DNA of 39,998 nt from Fonticula alba ATCC 38817 (lineage: Eukaryota > Protista > Nucleariida): NCBI GenBank assembly GCA_000388065.2, contig KB932215.1. One strand, given 5' to 3'. The translations under genes and the position numbers were made by a program. Below, in pieces: positions 11,542 through 24,225 of this stretch. Position 1 is the first letter of the stretch. The number at the start of each line of letters is the position of its first letter. Below the pieces are notes generated by a model. The model saw only the letters and a program-made list of their open reading frames with translations. It was not told the DNA's origin and ran no database searches.

Positions 11542-14329
11542 GTCCGGTGCCGTGTTCATATGCCGGATGCCGGTGAGCGAGCGCAGCATCAGCGGGCTTT
11601 CCCTGCTCCCCACCCTCCCTCCCTCCCCTAGGAGAGGCGGAGGGGGGAGGCGCACCTGTTGCGGCGCTCGGCCACTTCGTGTTCTCTTGTTCTTCAGGGG
11701 GCGCCTTTTGCGCGCACGTGCGCCCTCTACGTTCTCGTGCATCCGGCCCTCCTTTCGCTGCCGGTCTTGCGCCGGCATGCCTCCTTCCTCCTTGTCCTTC
11801 TGCGACTACGTGTTGTCCCCCTCCTCGCCTTGTCACGCACGTGTACATCCACACACCGAGGCAAAATGCGTAGGCGCCCCACCGCCCTCCCTTGGCCCGC
11901 GCGCCGGCACACACTCCCCAAGCGGAGCTGCGCCGCATCGCCCACCTCCCCCCAATAGAGAGAGTACAATGCGGTTGTGCTCCCCCCTCCCCCAACAGCA
12001 ATTTTGTCCCCCCCCCCTCCCCCCCTCTGTTGTTTCACTCGCTTGCCGTGCACCTTTCCCGCCCCTGCGTGTCTTCACCCTTGCTTGTCCAGAGGCCGGG
12101 CGACGGCCCGGATGGGGTACTGACGGGCGAAAGAGCGGAGGGCGTTTCTTCTTGTGCCGGACTTCCCTCCCACGGGACCCCTCTTCCAGGGGACACACTG
12201 GCCGGCTGTTCTCTCGTCACCCGACAGGGGGCGGGGTGCGAGCAGGAAATCAAAAGAAGATTGCGCGAGACCCCACCACCGCATGCGAGGGCTCCCCCTC
12301 CCGGTGCCGGCCCCTGGTCTTGGGTTGGGCGGACATGGGGCAAACGTCCGAAGCGGGATCCGGCGCTCGGGTGTGGGGGTCTTCCCGTCCGAGCGAAGTT
12401 CCCCGGCCAGCATAGGTCCAGCTCCAGCCCCTCGCGCCTGTGGCCGCATCTCTGCCCGGCGGCGGCAGCAGCAGACCCACCGACGCACACGAGCGAGCAC
12501 CTCGCTCACCAGGGTCTTGTCGACCGCGGGGCCTCTCGGGCCGGACCCCGGGGTCCGGCCCTTGATCGCCAGGCCTGCGTGCTGAAGGGAGGTGCCTCGA
12601 TATCTGGTTACCAGCGTCGAGGATCTCCATCAGCATGGTGATCGCTCTTCCTTCGGGGGTAATGTGTATGATCTGGTGACGACTTCGCCGTGAACGCCAG
12701 CCGGCCGAGGGCTGCTGGAAGGCACACTGGGCGGCACGGCCGGCGCCTGTGGGTGTCCATTCGCGCGGAGTCGTCTCTGCCAAGCACCCCCCATCGACGA
12801 AGCCAGGCCTGTCGGTCCCCCGGTCCTTGAGCCAGAGCGAGGAGCTGCCCTCCACGGAACACACCGATGTCCCGGGGGCAAGGGATGTGCCTTTGCTCGG
12901 GTTGGATGCCACTCGGATGCCTGGCCAGGCTGCGGGACAATCGCCCTCGCCGACTGGGGGAGGCCGCAGGTAGGCTGGCCCCGCCACACGCCTGCCACCA
13001 GGAAAGGCCCATCTCTTCCCCGGGCTGTGGGCCGGACCTGTGAGGGAAAATACCACCCTCAGCTCTCTCCGGAGGAAATGCATGCGTCCCGTGCACCGAG
13101 GCACAGGAGACCCGTGGCAATCTCGGAAAGCAGGATGGGGATGGCCAGGCAGGCGCGAGGCCCGGAGCCATGGCGGTTGCTCCCGCCCAAAGAGGCCTGG
13201 CAAATGTCTTGCCAACCAGCCAGCCACCGACCCCGGCCTCGCCCCACCAAATCGGAGACCCCTGCGTTTTCCCCCGGGCGGAGCTCAATCCTGCCCCATC
13301 GACCGGCAGGGAGGGAACCTGGGCCTCGGCAGGCGCGGGGTGGGCGCTAGCACTCGCCCTGCCGCTTGGTGCCCCTCCCACGGCAAGAGCCCGCTGTGGG
13401 AGTTCCCAAGGTGCGCGACGAGCACTTCCTCCCGAGAGATGCCGAAGAGTGTTCACAATGTCGGACACCCAGGTGGTACGCCAGTCGAGAGGCATGCCCC
13501 GAAGACCCCGGCACCGGCCAAGTCCCTCCCCCGCCCGGGGAGGCACCTCCCGGATTCCCGATCGCCTACCGCCAGTCGCCTGCGCCACCTTTCTGGAAAA
13601 GAGTGATCGCGGGAATCGGCAAGGCAGGAGGCAATGGTCGAAATGTATCGCAAGCACCGTGCCAGAACTTGGCTCGAGCAAATACAAGCCTCGGGCACCC
13701 CATGGGGGGACGGAAATGGCCTCCGCCTCCATGCCGAGAGGAGGACAAGGAGAGGGGCGGGGGAAGAGGAGGACACGGGGGGTCCACTTGGGGTGCCCGG
13801 CAGCTGGACACGGAGCGTGCACACACTCGTGAGGCATGGCTTCTCACCGAGGGTCAGAGAACCAAAGCGGGCCACCTAAGGGCTGCATGCAGGCCAAGAG
13901 CAGCAAGCAAGCAATCGAGACCCGGACCCATGGTGGGGGGGGGNNNNNNNNNNNNNNNNNNNNNNNNNNNNNNNNNNNNNNNNNNNNNNNNNNGGGCGGA
14001 GTCCGGCGTGTGGGACATGGACAAGATCGACCCGGGCAGTGTTCAGCCAGGGAGCCCGATGGGAAAGGGACGCGCGAAGAAGAGAGAACGGGCATCCCCG
14101 ACCGTCCTCCGGTCATCAGTGACATGTAGACGCCCCCGATCGGAGGGACCGGAGACGGCAAAGAAAATGGACAGACGACTGAAACGGCCTGGACTATCCC
14201 CAAGCCGTGTGCCGAGCGAAATACCTGTCTGTTGGGGCGGGCCGGGGCGGCGTTGTAAACAATGGCCAACACCCATCGCGTGGATGGGGGGAAACGATGA
14301 TGGGCAAGTACGAGCGCCAAAACGACCAC

Positions 14330-14610
14330 ATAGGACCATACTATTATCTGGATGTACGCAAATACTCATGATAAGGACGCAGTTTGCACATATTTTTGCG
14401 GAAATAGGAGCGATATTATGTCCAGAAAGTGGTGTATTTTCTGATATATTATTGTATTTTTCTCTTTTTTATTTTTTATAATAGGCATCACTATAGTTTT
14501 TCATCTGTCAATACAAAATAAGCCGTGTTGCCTGTTCGCCCGATGGTTGACACCTTTCAACCTCTCCAGATCGGTTGGTTCGCCCGTGCTGAGATTTCCG
14601 CCTATTTAAG
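14330..14610 (+). promoter_or_regulatory. AT-rich island and TATA-like element upstream of PMM
   Basis: Sharp switch to A/T-rich sequence with T tracts at about 14330-14525 in a GC-rich background; TATTTAA at 14603-14609, about 150 nt upstream of the ATG. Confidence 0.5.
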
Positions 14611-14759
14611 AGGGGTCTCCGCCGGTGTGTGTGTGAAGGACTTTTCGGCCAGCCGTCGTCCTCGTCACCGCGTTCGATGCCCTCTCCCTTTGTCGACTTT
14701 CGACTTCTCCTCTTCCGGCCCCCCTCTCCCCTCCTGCCCTTCGCCCTTCACCCGCCACC

Positions 14760-16336
14760 ATGACCAACACCACTGAGAAGGTCCTGTCTAGCGCCGAGAT
14801 CTCGGCTCGTGCCAACCCCTTCGACCTCAATGGCCCGGTGGATGCCAAGCTCCGCACCGATTGGGCTGATCGCAAGCACGGCGACACCATCATCCTCTTC
14901 GACGTCGACGGCACCCTGACCGTGCCTCGTCTGGTGCGCCGCCCTTCTCCGCATACCGCCCCGGCTGGGCGGCGCTGTCCTTCTGCCCCGGCTACTGACT
15001 CCCCCTCTCATCGGCATCCTGCCCGCTCGGGGCTGCCTGTGCATGGTGCCCCACCTGTCCTCGGTGTAGCTTGTCAATGAGGACATGCTCCAGGTTTTGA
15101 AGGACCTTCGTAAGAACTATGTCATCGGCTTTGTCGGTGGCTCGGACCTCGTCAAGCAGAAGGAGCAGCTCGGCAGCAACAGTACGTAGCATGCCGCCCC
15201 GGAGCCGGGAGAGAGCCGGCACATCGCCTACCTGCCTGTCCTCGCCTCGGCCACGGTCCCCTTTCGTTACCCTCCTCCATCCCCCCGGGGGTGGGCACTG
15301 CGCTGGGGTGGTTTTCTGCCTGGATTCTGACCGCGAGCGTGTCCTGCCTCGTGCGCGTGCGCGCGCTCTTTCCCAGTCCTCGAGCTGTTTGACTTCGCCT
15401 TCCCCGAGAATGGCCTCACCTCCTACCGCCTTGAGAAGTGCACCGGCGAGCAGGTGCGCATTTCGCATCGCTCCTCCCCCCCCCTGCGACGACCCTTTGG
15501 CCGTGCCCTCGGCCGAGCCGAGCCCCTGCATGTCTCTCCTGCTGACCCTCTGCTCTCCGGCCTCTCAGAAATTCCTGGACTACCTCGGTGAGGAGCGCTA
15601 CCAGGAGCTGGTCAACTTCATCCTGCGCTACATCGCCGATCTGAAGATCCCCAAGAAGCGGTGCGCGCCTTGCCCCCAATGCATTTGGCCGCCCGGGCCA
15701 TCCTCCTCCTCCTTTTGTCCCCCGCCTCCCAAGCCTTGACTCTGACATGGGCCCTTGTCGCCCCTGGTGAATCCCCATATGATGCCTCCTGCGAGCAGTG
15801 GCACTTTCCTCGAGTACCGCAATGGCATGATCAACGTCTCGCCGATTGGCCGGAACTGCAGCCAGGCCGAGCGCATCGAATTCGAGCAGTATGACCTTGT
15901 ACGTGGCCTTCGCTCGTGGCGTGTGAGCCGCTTCCCCTTGGCCCTCTCCCCTCCTGCAGCCCTGCCGCCATGGTTGGCGCCATCCACTGACGTCGCGCGC
16001 TCGCTCGCTCGCTCGCTCCTGCACATGCGCTGCCCACAGGCCCACAAGATCCGCGAGACCATGGTCGCCGAGCTGGTCAAGGCCTTCCCCGACTTCAACA
16101 TGACCTACTCCATCGGCGGGCAGATCTCCTTCGATGTCTTCCCCACCGGCTGGGACAAGACCTTCTGCCTGCGCCACCTCGCGGGCGAGGGCTTCCGCAC
16201 GGTCCACTTCTTCGGCGACAAGACCTTCCAGGGCGGCAATGACTTTGAGATCTACAACCACCCGTCGGTCAAGGGGCACCACGTCAACTCGCCCACCGAC
16301 ACCATCTCCATCCTCAAGGCCGAGTTTGACTTCTAA
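14760..16336 (+). CDS. PMM: Phosphomannomutase (HAD IIB, PMM2/Sec53 family), about 283 aa
   Basis: Exons 14760-14933, 15070-15181, 15377-15453, 15569-15660, 15799-15898, 16040-16336; phases close. Motifs: [74 protein letters not shown]. Confidence 0.97.
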
Positions 16337-16869
16337 GCCGAAAAAAAGAAAAGAGCACGCGGACCATCGCCCGCAGGGGATATCTCCCGCGCTCTTTCGC
16401 ATCCCATGTCCACGGCGCGATCGGAGTCGCTGGTCTGCCCTTAGTTTTCTGTCCCCCCCCCCCCCCCCCTTTCGGCGGCGTATGCCCGCCCCCGCGCGCG
16501 GAGACACGACCCTCCCCATCGGCGACAATACACGCCCACATGTCCACTCTGTTCCCTCCGGGCGGTTCTGAATGTCCAGCCTGGCCCTTGTCCCCGCCGC
16601 CCTTTTGCAGCCCCTGCCATACATGTGCACTTCTCGGTCCCCGGCGGAGAGAGGCAACTCCAGCAGGGCGGGTCCCGCGCGTCGATGCCACACACACACA
16701 CACACACACACGCAGCGGCCAGAGATTGTCTATATTGTCACCCGCGCGAGATGGGCACGCGGGGGAGCAGGGCATCATGGTTCGCACTTGCACAGGGGGT
16801 CTCTTCAGCGCGCCCGGGCGCATGCGCATGTCTCCACAAGGGAGGGAAGACATGTGCGCATGCGCACGG

Positions 16870-19759
16870 TCACCGCTTCTTGGCTTCCTTCTCGCGGCGT
16901 TTCTTCAGATGCTTCGGGGTCTTGGTTTGGCGCTTTTCCCGGTTGGCCTCCTTGACGGCCTTCTTGTGGGCCTTGCGCTGGGCCTTCTTGTCAGTGGGAT
17001 CGACGGCGTCATCGTCGCTGTCGCCATCCTCGTCGTCGCTGTCAGGCCCGGCAGCCTCATCGTCGTCCTCCTCCTCACTGTCATCCCCATCGGGACCACC
17101 CTCGGAGGGGACCTGCTCGAGGATGGCCGGTTCCTCGCCGGAGGCCGACACCACCGACCCATCGGTCTCAGTCTGCAGGCCGGTGAGATTCCGGTAAATG
17201 AGCCCATCACCATCACCGCGGAGGACCTTGCCAACGTCTCGCTCAACGTCAATGACCTCGAACAGGTTGCGCGGAATGTAGGCATTCATGAAGACCTCCT
17301 CGGCCACCTCGGCCGCGGCGGCGCTCGCCTCGTCCAGGACCTCCTCCTCGCGCACGGCAATCCGCGCCAGGTACGCATCCACCTGGTCGTCCTCCAGATC
17401 GCGTCCGGTGATGAAATCGAAGAGCTCCCGCCGGGACATGATGCCGGTGGTCATGTGGCCACGCTTCTTGAAAAACTCCGTGACATTCTCGATGTCCTTG
17501 CGCAGGAAGTCCAGCGCATACGGGTGATCGTGCTCGACCGATTGCGACACATCAATGATGTACAGGATGCCCTTGTAGTAGCTGGGGTGCGCCGGGAGGG
17601 AGGGGGGGAGGGGTGAGAAAGACCACGGCAAGGACAGACCGGCGTCGGGAAAGAGGAATGGCCGCGGGGAAGGGGGATCCGGGGGAGGGGAGGAGACGAG
17701 GCGCACATGATGTTGTACTCGGAGAGATCCGCATGCACAAGCCGGCACACGCGGTACATGGTCCGCATGCAGCGGACCAGCTGCATGTACAGCTCGGGGA
17801 AGGCCTTCTCCGGGAGCTGGGCGTCCTTCAACCGGGGACCAGGCCTGGGAAGGGGGAAATACCGAGGATGCCATGTCAGAAGCGAAGAAGACCACAAGGC
17901 AACAGGTGGGGGGAGGGGGGGACACATGGGAGAGAGCCCGGGGGAGAAAAGAGGAAAAAAAGAAAGGAGGAGGCGCGTACCAGCCATTCTTCCCGATGAA
18001 GGTCATCACCAGGACATGGTTACGCAGCTTCACCGGGTCCGGGCAGGGAATGCCAGCAGCCACGAGACTGGGAGGTGTGTTTGTGCACGCCGGCGCCATG
18101 TTAGTGCTGTGTGTGTGTGTGTGCGTCTTGGTGGTGGCCGCCGAGCAAAGCATGCATGGCCATGGGGGCCAGCAGAGGAGAGCAAAAGCACGCACCGCTT
18201 CAGGTTTCGCATTTCCTTCTCGGCCCACGTCTTGACCATTTGCCGGGGGTTGTTCTTCCCGTAGCCATGACGGAAGCGATACTCGCCGGTGACATACTTG
18301 TCGCGGTCCTTGAAGACCAGGATCGAGGTCTTATACACCTTGACCGCATACTCCACGCCCTCGCCGGTCAGGGCATGGTACACGTTGGCTTCCTTACCGG
18401 TGGACACACAGCCGTTGATCTCGTAGAAAATCCCCTGGGAAAGCATCTTGAAGAGAATCATGCGCGTGCGCGGGTCCAGGACCTGCTCGGTGGTGGCGCG
18501 ATTGGCCTTGTCCGCATGGCGAGTCCTGTGAGCGCAGAGTCAGCCCCTGAGAAGGAAGGACAAAGGGGGAAACAGCCAAGGTCATGGCGTGACTGGAAAG
18601 GGGGAATGAGGGGCAGCGGAGGAGCGACGCACTTAGAGCCCTCGGCCTTGCGTGACCCCTGGGAGCCGGCGCTGAAGTCCTGAATCATGTCTGGTGACAG
18701 GGAGAGGCAGATGGTTAGCAGCGGCAACACGAGAGAATGAAAAGGAGGAGGGGGAGGAGGAAAGAAAGAGCCGGAAAGAAGTGAAGGAGATTGAGAAGCA
18801 GGCGAGAGAGAGAGAGAGACCGGGAAGGAGGGGCGAGAGGGAGGCCAGGCGCCGATGCAGGAGGTGGCGAACGCACTTTCATTGATGCGCTCCTGCAGGG
18901 CAGCCAGCTTGACGCCAAAAAGCCCGGACTTGCTGTCGGCAGCACCGGCCGCGCCGCCAACACCGGCCCCCTCCGAGGCCTCGTCCGAGTCGCTGTCGGT
19001 TTCGGCCAGGAGGGAGGCAGCCGCCTGAGCGGCTTCAGCAGCCGCCTGGGCCAGGTCCGCCGACTCGGCACAGCCGGAGTCGCGGGCCCGGTCGGCGGCC
19101 GCCTGCGCCGCGGCCGCGGTCTCCTGCGCAAGGCGCTCCCGCTCGGCGCGCTGCTCGTCGCGCTTCTTCTGCTGCAGGGCACGCTGCTTGTTCTCCTCGT
19201 TCAATGCCCGGGCCGTTGCCGTGACGATCTTGGCCCGGCGCTGGACGGCGGCCGAATTCATGGCCCCGGCCACGCCGACACCGGCGCCGGTGGCGTTCAC
19301 CGCCCGGAGGTAGCGCTTGGTCATGTCTAAGCGGCGAGGTGCAGGGAGGGAGAGGGGAGATGGAAGAGGCGAGCGAACGAGCGCATCGCAAGGGAGCCAA
19401 AGGAATGTCAGGGGGGTGGGAGGGGGGGCCAGAAGCACAGCGAGGGAACATCGCGGGGGCACCCAAGGAGGGCGGGAGAAGAGGGACGCACCGCCCGTGG
19501 TGGATGCCTCGAAGAAGGCAATGTCATCGGGGTCGCCACCATGCCCGCCGAAGGGCGAGTCGCCATACAGCTCATCATCCGACAGCTCGGCGCCCGGGGC
19601 GTAGAGCTTTCGGCCCTCCAGCTCGGAGAAGGTGTCCACACAGGGGATCTGGAAGAAGTCCGACAGGGCAGGCGTGGACACCTCCGTCGGGGGCATTTGG
19701 GGCAGGTCGGCGCTCCGCTGCGGGGAGCCCGTCTGCGAGTTGCTCTCGGTGCTGCTCAT
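16870..19759 (-). CDS. RIO1: Atypical Ser/Thr kinase/ATPase RIO1 (40S maturation), about 680 aa
   Basis: Exons (minus) 19759-19492, 19326-18877, 18690-18633, 18525-18196, 18067-17981, 17844-17707, 17581-16870; phases close. Motifs: [85 protein letters not shown], and a RIO1-type basic C-terminus ([18 protein letters not shown]). Confidence 0.95.
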
Positions 19760-20353
19760 CCGAGAGGGCGAAGAAAGGCGACGGGAGGGCGGGAAATGGG
19801 AAGGGAGGAAAAAGAGGGGGCGGAGGGGGGGGGGGGGGAAGAGAGACAGGGAAACGGTGGATTGCACAAAATATGCGGGGAGCGGGAGGGAGGGGGATGG
19901 ATCGCTCGCCCGGGTCCACGCCGCGGGCCACGCTTGCCGAGAAATGGCCCACCCCCGGGCACCAAGCCTGCGATGGTAGTACAAGCACGTGACGATCCAT
20001 CGTTGGCAAAGGAGCAGCTGTGTTCGTTGGTGGATCAACAGCCAACGGTGTTCCCGCCGAACACCATTCGCCGGGGGGGGGGGGAGAGGGCGCACGCGAA
20101 CGGGCGCATACACACGCATCGAGATTGGGGGGTATTATTTTTTGCAAATGCAGAACACAAGGACAGGGGGGGGNNNNNNNNNNNNNNNNNNNNNNNNNNN
20201 NNNNNNNNNNNNNNNNNNNNNNNNNNNNNNNNNNNNNNNNNNNNNNNNNNNNNNNNNNTCTCTGCTGTCTAACGCGCGCAACAGTGAGTGTGTGGAGTGT
20301 AGAGGGAGGGAGGGGGGGGGGGAGGGCCAACGGCACCACCGGAGCCCGAGGGT

Positions 20354-21965
20354 CTAGAGGGTGTTGCCCAAGTCGAACACATACGTGCCGCTGACCGGCA
20401 GGCGCTGGACCAGGAAGAGGAGGCCGTTCTTCATCATGATGTTGCACACACCCAACAAGTTCCTCCGATCATACTGTTGCGGTGGAGTGCGGGGGATGCG
20501 CATGTGCGCGGGTGCACGTGAGGGGAGGGGAGGGGAAGGAACAGTCAGCAAGAGGGCGTGCACGCGCATGGGGAGTGTTTGCGCGTGTGTGTGTGGGGGG
20601 GGGGGGGGGGGAGGGGAGCGCCAGATGCATAATTGAGTGTGTAGGGATGGCCTTTCTGGGCCACGTCCACACACACACATATATAAAAAAGAGAGAACAG
20701 ATCGACACAGAGGGTCCCCGTCGGCCGATCTTCGAAAGGCCGGGCGCAGGAGCCACAGCAGACAACGAGGACAGATCGCCGGAGACATGCTCGCTCGACG
20801 TACCCCAGGCTCGCTGGACGGGTGGTGGCTGATATATCGCTGGAACCAGGCGCACAGCTTCAGCCGGGCCACCGGCTGGCTGAGGATGTTGATCAGGCCA
20901 TGGGAAATGAGAAAGCGCAGCTCCTGATAGAGGACCTTTGTCAGGCGAGAATTCAGCCGCAATAGCTCCTCCTCCCCGGCCGACAGGGGCGCATCCTTGG
21001 CATACACGCAAGGGGCCCAAATGAGCGAAGGCAAGTCCGCCAGCTGCCCCAGGTCGAAGTTGTCCGGCAGAATGGTCGGCTCCGTGGGGTAGGTAGTGTC
21101 GCCATTCGTGGGGACCGGGCGCCAGGGCCGGTTGGGATCTAGGTTCAATGAGCGGACCCCGGGGTTGTGTACGGCGCTTGTGTGTGGGACTGCCGGTGTC
21201 GCCATTGCCGCTGTGGTGGCGTCGGTGGAGGTGCTGGCAGTGGGAGCAGCATCAGCAGCGGGGGCCGCAGCATCGGCACCACTCCCGCTACTGCTGCTGC
21301 TGCTGCTGGTGGGCTCGTCAGACGATGGGCGGGCGGCCGCCGGAGTCTGCATGTCTCCAGACGCCGGGGCCGATGGTGCATGGGTAGCAACAGCCGCGGC
21401 CGCTGGGCCGGCAATCGCCGGGTCACGGGCCCCCTTCCTGGCGACCGTCTGGCTGCCAGCGCCGGCGCCGGTGCCGGTCCCGCCGTCGGGCGGGGCGTCC
21501 TCCGCCATCGGCGAAGGGTGCGCCACGCCCGCAGTCTCGGCTCCATCAGCGACCGACCCGGTGGTCGGGGCGGTGTCAGCCACCGGAGGGGAGGCCCTCG
21601 GCGGCGATGGCGAGCGGGAGACCTGCACCGGGGAAGGAGGAGAAGAAGAAGAAGAAGACCGCGTGGTGGCAGGCTGGCTGTCGCTGGGTTCCGACCTTGG
21701 TGTCGATGCCGGTGTCGTCAGAGGAGAGGGCACCGGCGCAGCCGCCGCGACAGGGTCCGGGGTGGCCGAACGACGAGTGACACGCCGTGACAGGGACTCC
21801 AGGGACAGGGTCGGCGGGGGGGACCCTCGTGGGCGAGACTGCCGCGTCAGTCGCGTACTGCGTGGGGGCAGCGAAGTTATCGACCGCGCGGGATTGGAAG
21901 CTGGGCTGGGGCTCCGCCGGGAGGCCGCGGATCCGGACCGCGTGACGACCACCGTCGCCTTGGCA

Positions 21966-22001
<36 letters not shown>

Positions 22002-24171
22002 GCAGTGCGCGTGACCACTCGGCCCGACGGCACCAGGGCGGGATTCGTGCTGGCATTGAGGCTTTCCCGCGCAAAGGACCGGGCCATGCCCTTGGCATCG
22101 CGGCCGCGAACTTTGGCCTCCGGAATGCCGGCCTCGATGGGGTCCGTGTCGAGCAAGAAATCCTTGGCCATCGTCTCGTAGTACAGCTTCCCGGAGGAAC
22201 AGGCCACCGGGAGGACCGAGGACCCGGCGGGGCGGGGGGGGGGAAGGGGGTGACCACACCTGTCAGAGGTCTGGCCGGGGGGGGGGGGGGGCCCGAGACA
22301 AAGTACCAAAGACAAAGAGGAAGGAGCACCCCGCGAGGACATACCATCCGCTCGGTGGCCGACATGTGCGCGTAAAGGATGTGATCATGCAGGTAATACT
22401 CCCCCGGGACACTGATGGAGCAGCCGTGCCACTGGCACTTGATCGGTGTGTCGAAATTGGCCACCATGCCGGGCGGGCGATTGAAGTAGAACTTCAGCGA
22501 GGCCTCCATCACCTCGGAGGCGGCCCGCATGCCGGAAATGAAGGCCCCATGCACGGTGGCCGGATAGTCGGCGGAGGTGCATTCGCCGGCGAAGAAAATC
22601 CTGAATCCCACCCGCAGCAATGCCCAGGATGAGGGGAGGACAGAGGGGGGGAGAAAGAGAGAAGAAGAAGAAGAAGAAGAAGAAGAAGAAGAAGAAGAAG
22701 AAGAAGAAGAAGAAGAAAGAGAGGGAGGGCAAGGAGAGTCAGCCGACCGGCGGGGCCACAGCCAGGAACACCATGCAGGAGAAGGCCGACTCCGGGGATG
22801 GGAGGAAAGCACGCACCGGCCACCATGCGACGTGCTGAGGGTCGCATAGTCCGCACCCGAAGAGGTGGGCGCGATCGAGGAGTAGGACCCAAGGAAGTTG
22901 GCTGCCAAACCATGAGAGGAGGCCGAAGGGGGGATGGGGGGGGNNNNNNNNNNNNNNNNNNNNNNNNNNNNNNNNNNNNNNNNNNNNNNNNNNNNNNNNN
23001 NNNNNNNNNNNNNNGAGGGGGGGCGGGAGACAATCGCCAAAATCCCCACCCAAGACAGCACACGAGCGAGAGGGGGGAGGGGGGCCGGGGGACACGCACG
23101 ATCTGAGCCCCAGCGCGTGATGACGAAACTCCGCGGCCGGGGGATCTCCACATCTGCCATGGTCACACGCAGGGTGTCCAGCACCATGCCGAGGATGGCG
23201 TCGTCCTCGTCGGCCTCCAGCTGCTGGGCCGCCTCGCCGGAGATGAAAGCCACCAGCACCGGCGCCCCGCCCAGAGCCTTTTCCAGGCTGCAAAAGAGGA
23301 AGGCCTTCCCCCGGTCGGCGGATCGCGCCGACAGGAAGGCCCCAAACATGTCCAAGTGCCCCGGCCAAAACCGGTGATCGAAAACCATGATTACCTTATT
23401 CAACACGCCGAAGCCCAGTCGGCAAATGGCCAGCTGCTTCTCCTCGCTCAATGGCGGGTCGAAGAGGGCCGTCGCCGGGGCCGCCTTGGCCAGGCCCTGG
23501 AAACGCCGAGAGTACCGCAGCCGCGCGGTCAGCCCCGGATCCACGGCCCGGTACTTGAGCACCCCAAGGGGCAGGGCGCTGATGAGGTACCGACAGCGGA
23601 AGGTCCGCCCGTCCTCGGTCTCCACCACGATGGGGAAGGCCTCCTCCTCTTCCTCCTTGGTGCCCATGTCACTGATGCCCATGTGTGCGGCTGGGTGGCT
23701 GAAGCCGGTCGACGATCCGTTGGCCGGCTCGGACCCATGACCTGTCCCGGTGCCGGGGGTCCCCCCCTTGCCGCTGTCCGGGTAGGTGATCCGCCGGACC
23801 GGGCAATTCAGCAGGACATTCAGCCCCTGGGCCATGCCATCCACCACTTGGGAATACCCGCCGACGATGATGCAGTGCGGCCCGGCGAAGGTGTGGTCAT
23901 CGTCTTGATCCCACTCGTTGATGGACACCTCGGACAGGGGGGCCGAGTTGGCGAACTCCAGGTTGGCCAGGTGCCAGCCGATCGACGGGTGTCGGAAGAG
24001 CTTGCGCGCCAGGCCGGCATCATTGAGGGCCTCCTCGATGGACCGGTCATTCGCCGGGTCGCGCTTTTGGGTGGCCTCTGTGTGTGTGTGGGAGGGGGAG
24101 GTGTTGATGATGCGGTTGATAATGTCGTTTGGTTTCCCGGGACAACATTATTCGGTGCGCATCAGTTGTTC

Positions 24172-24225
<54 letters not shown>

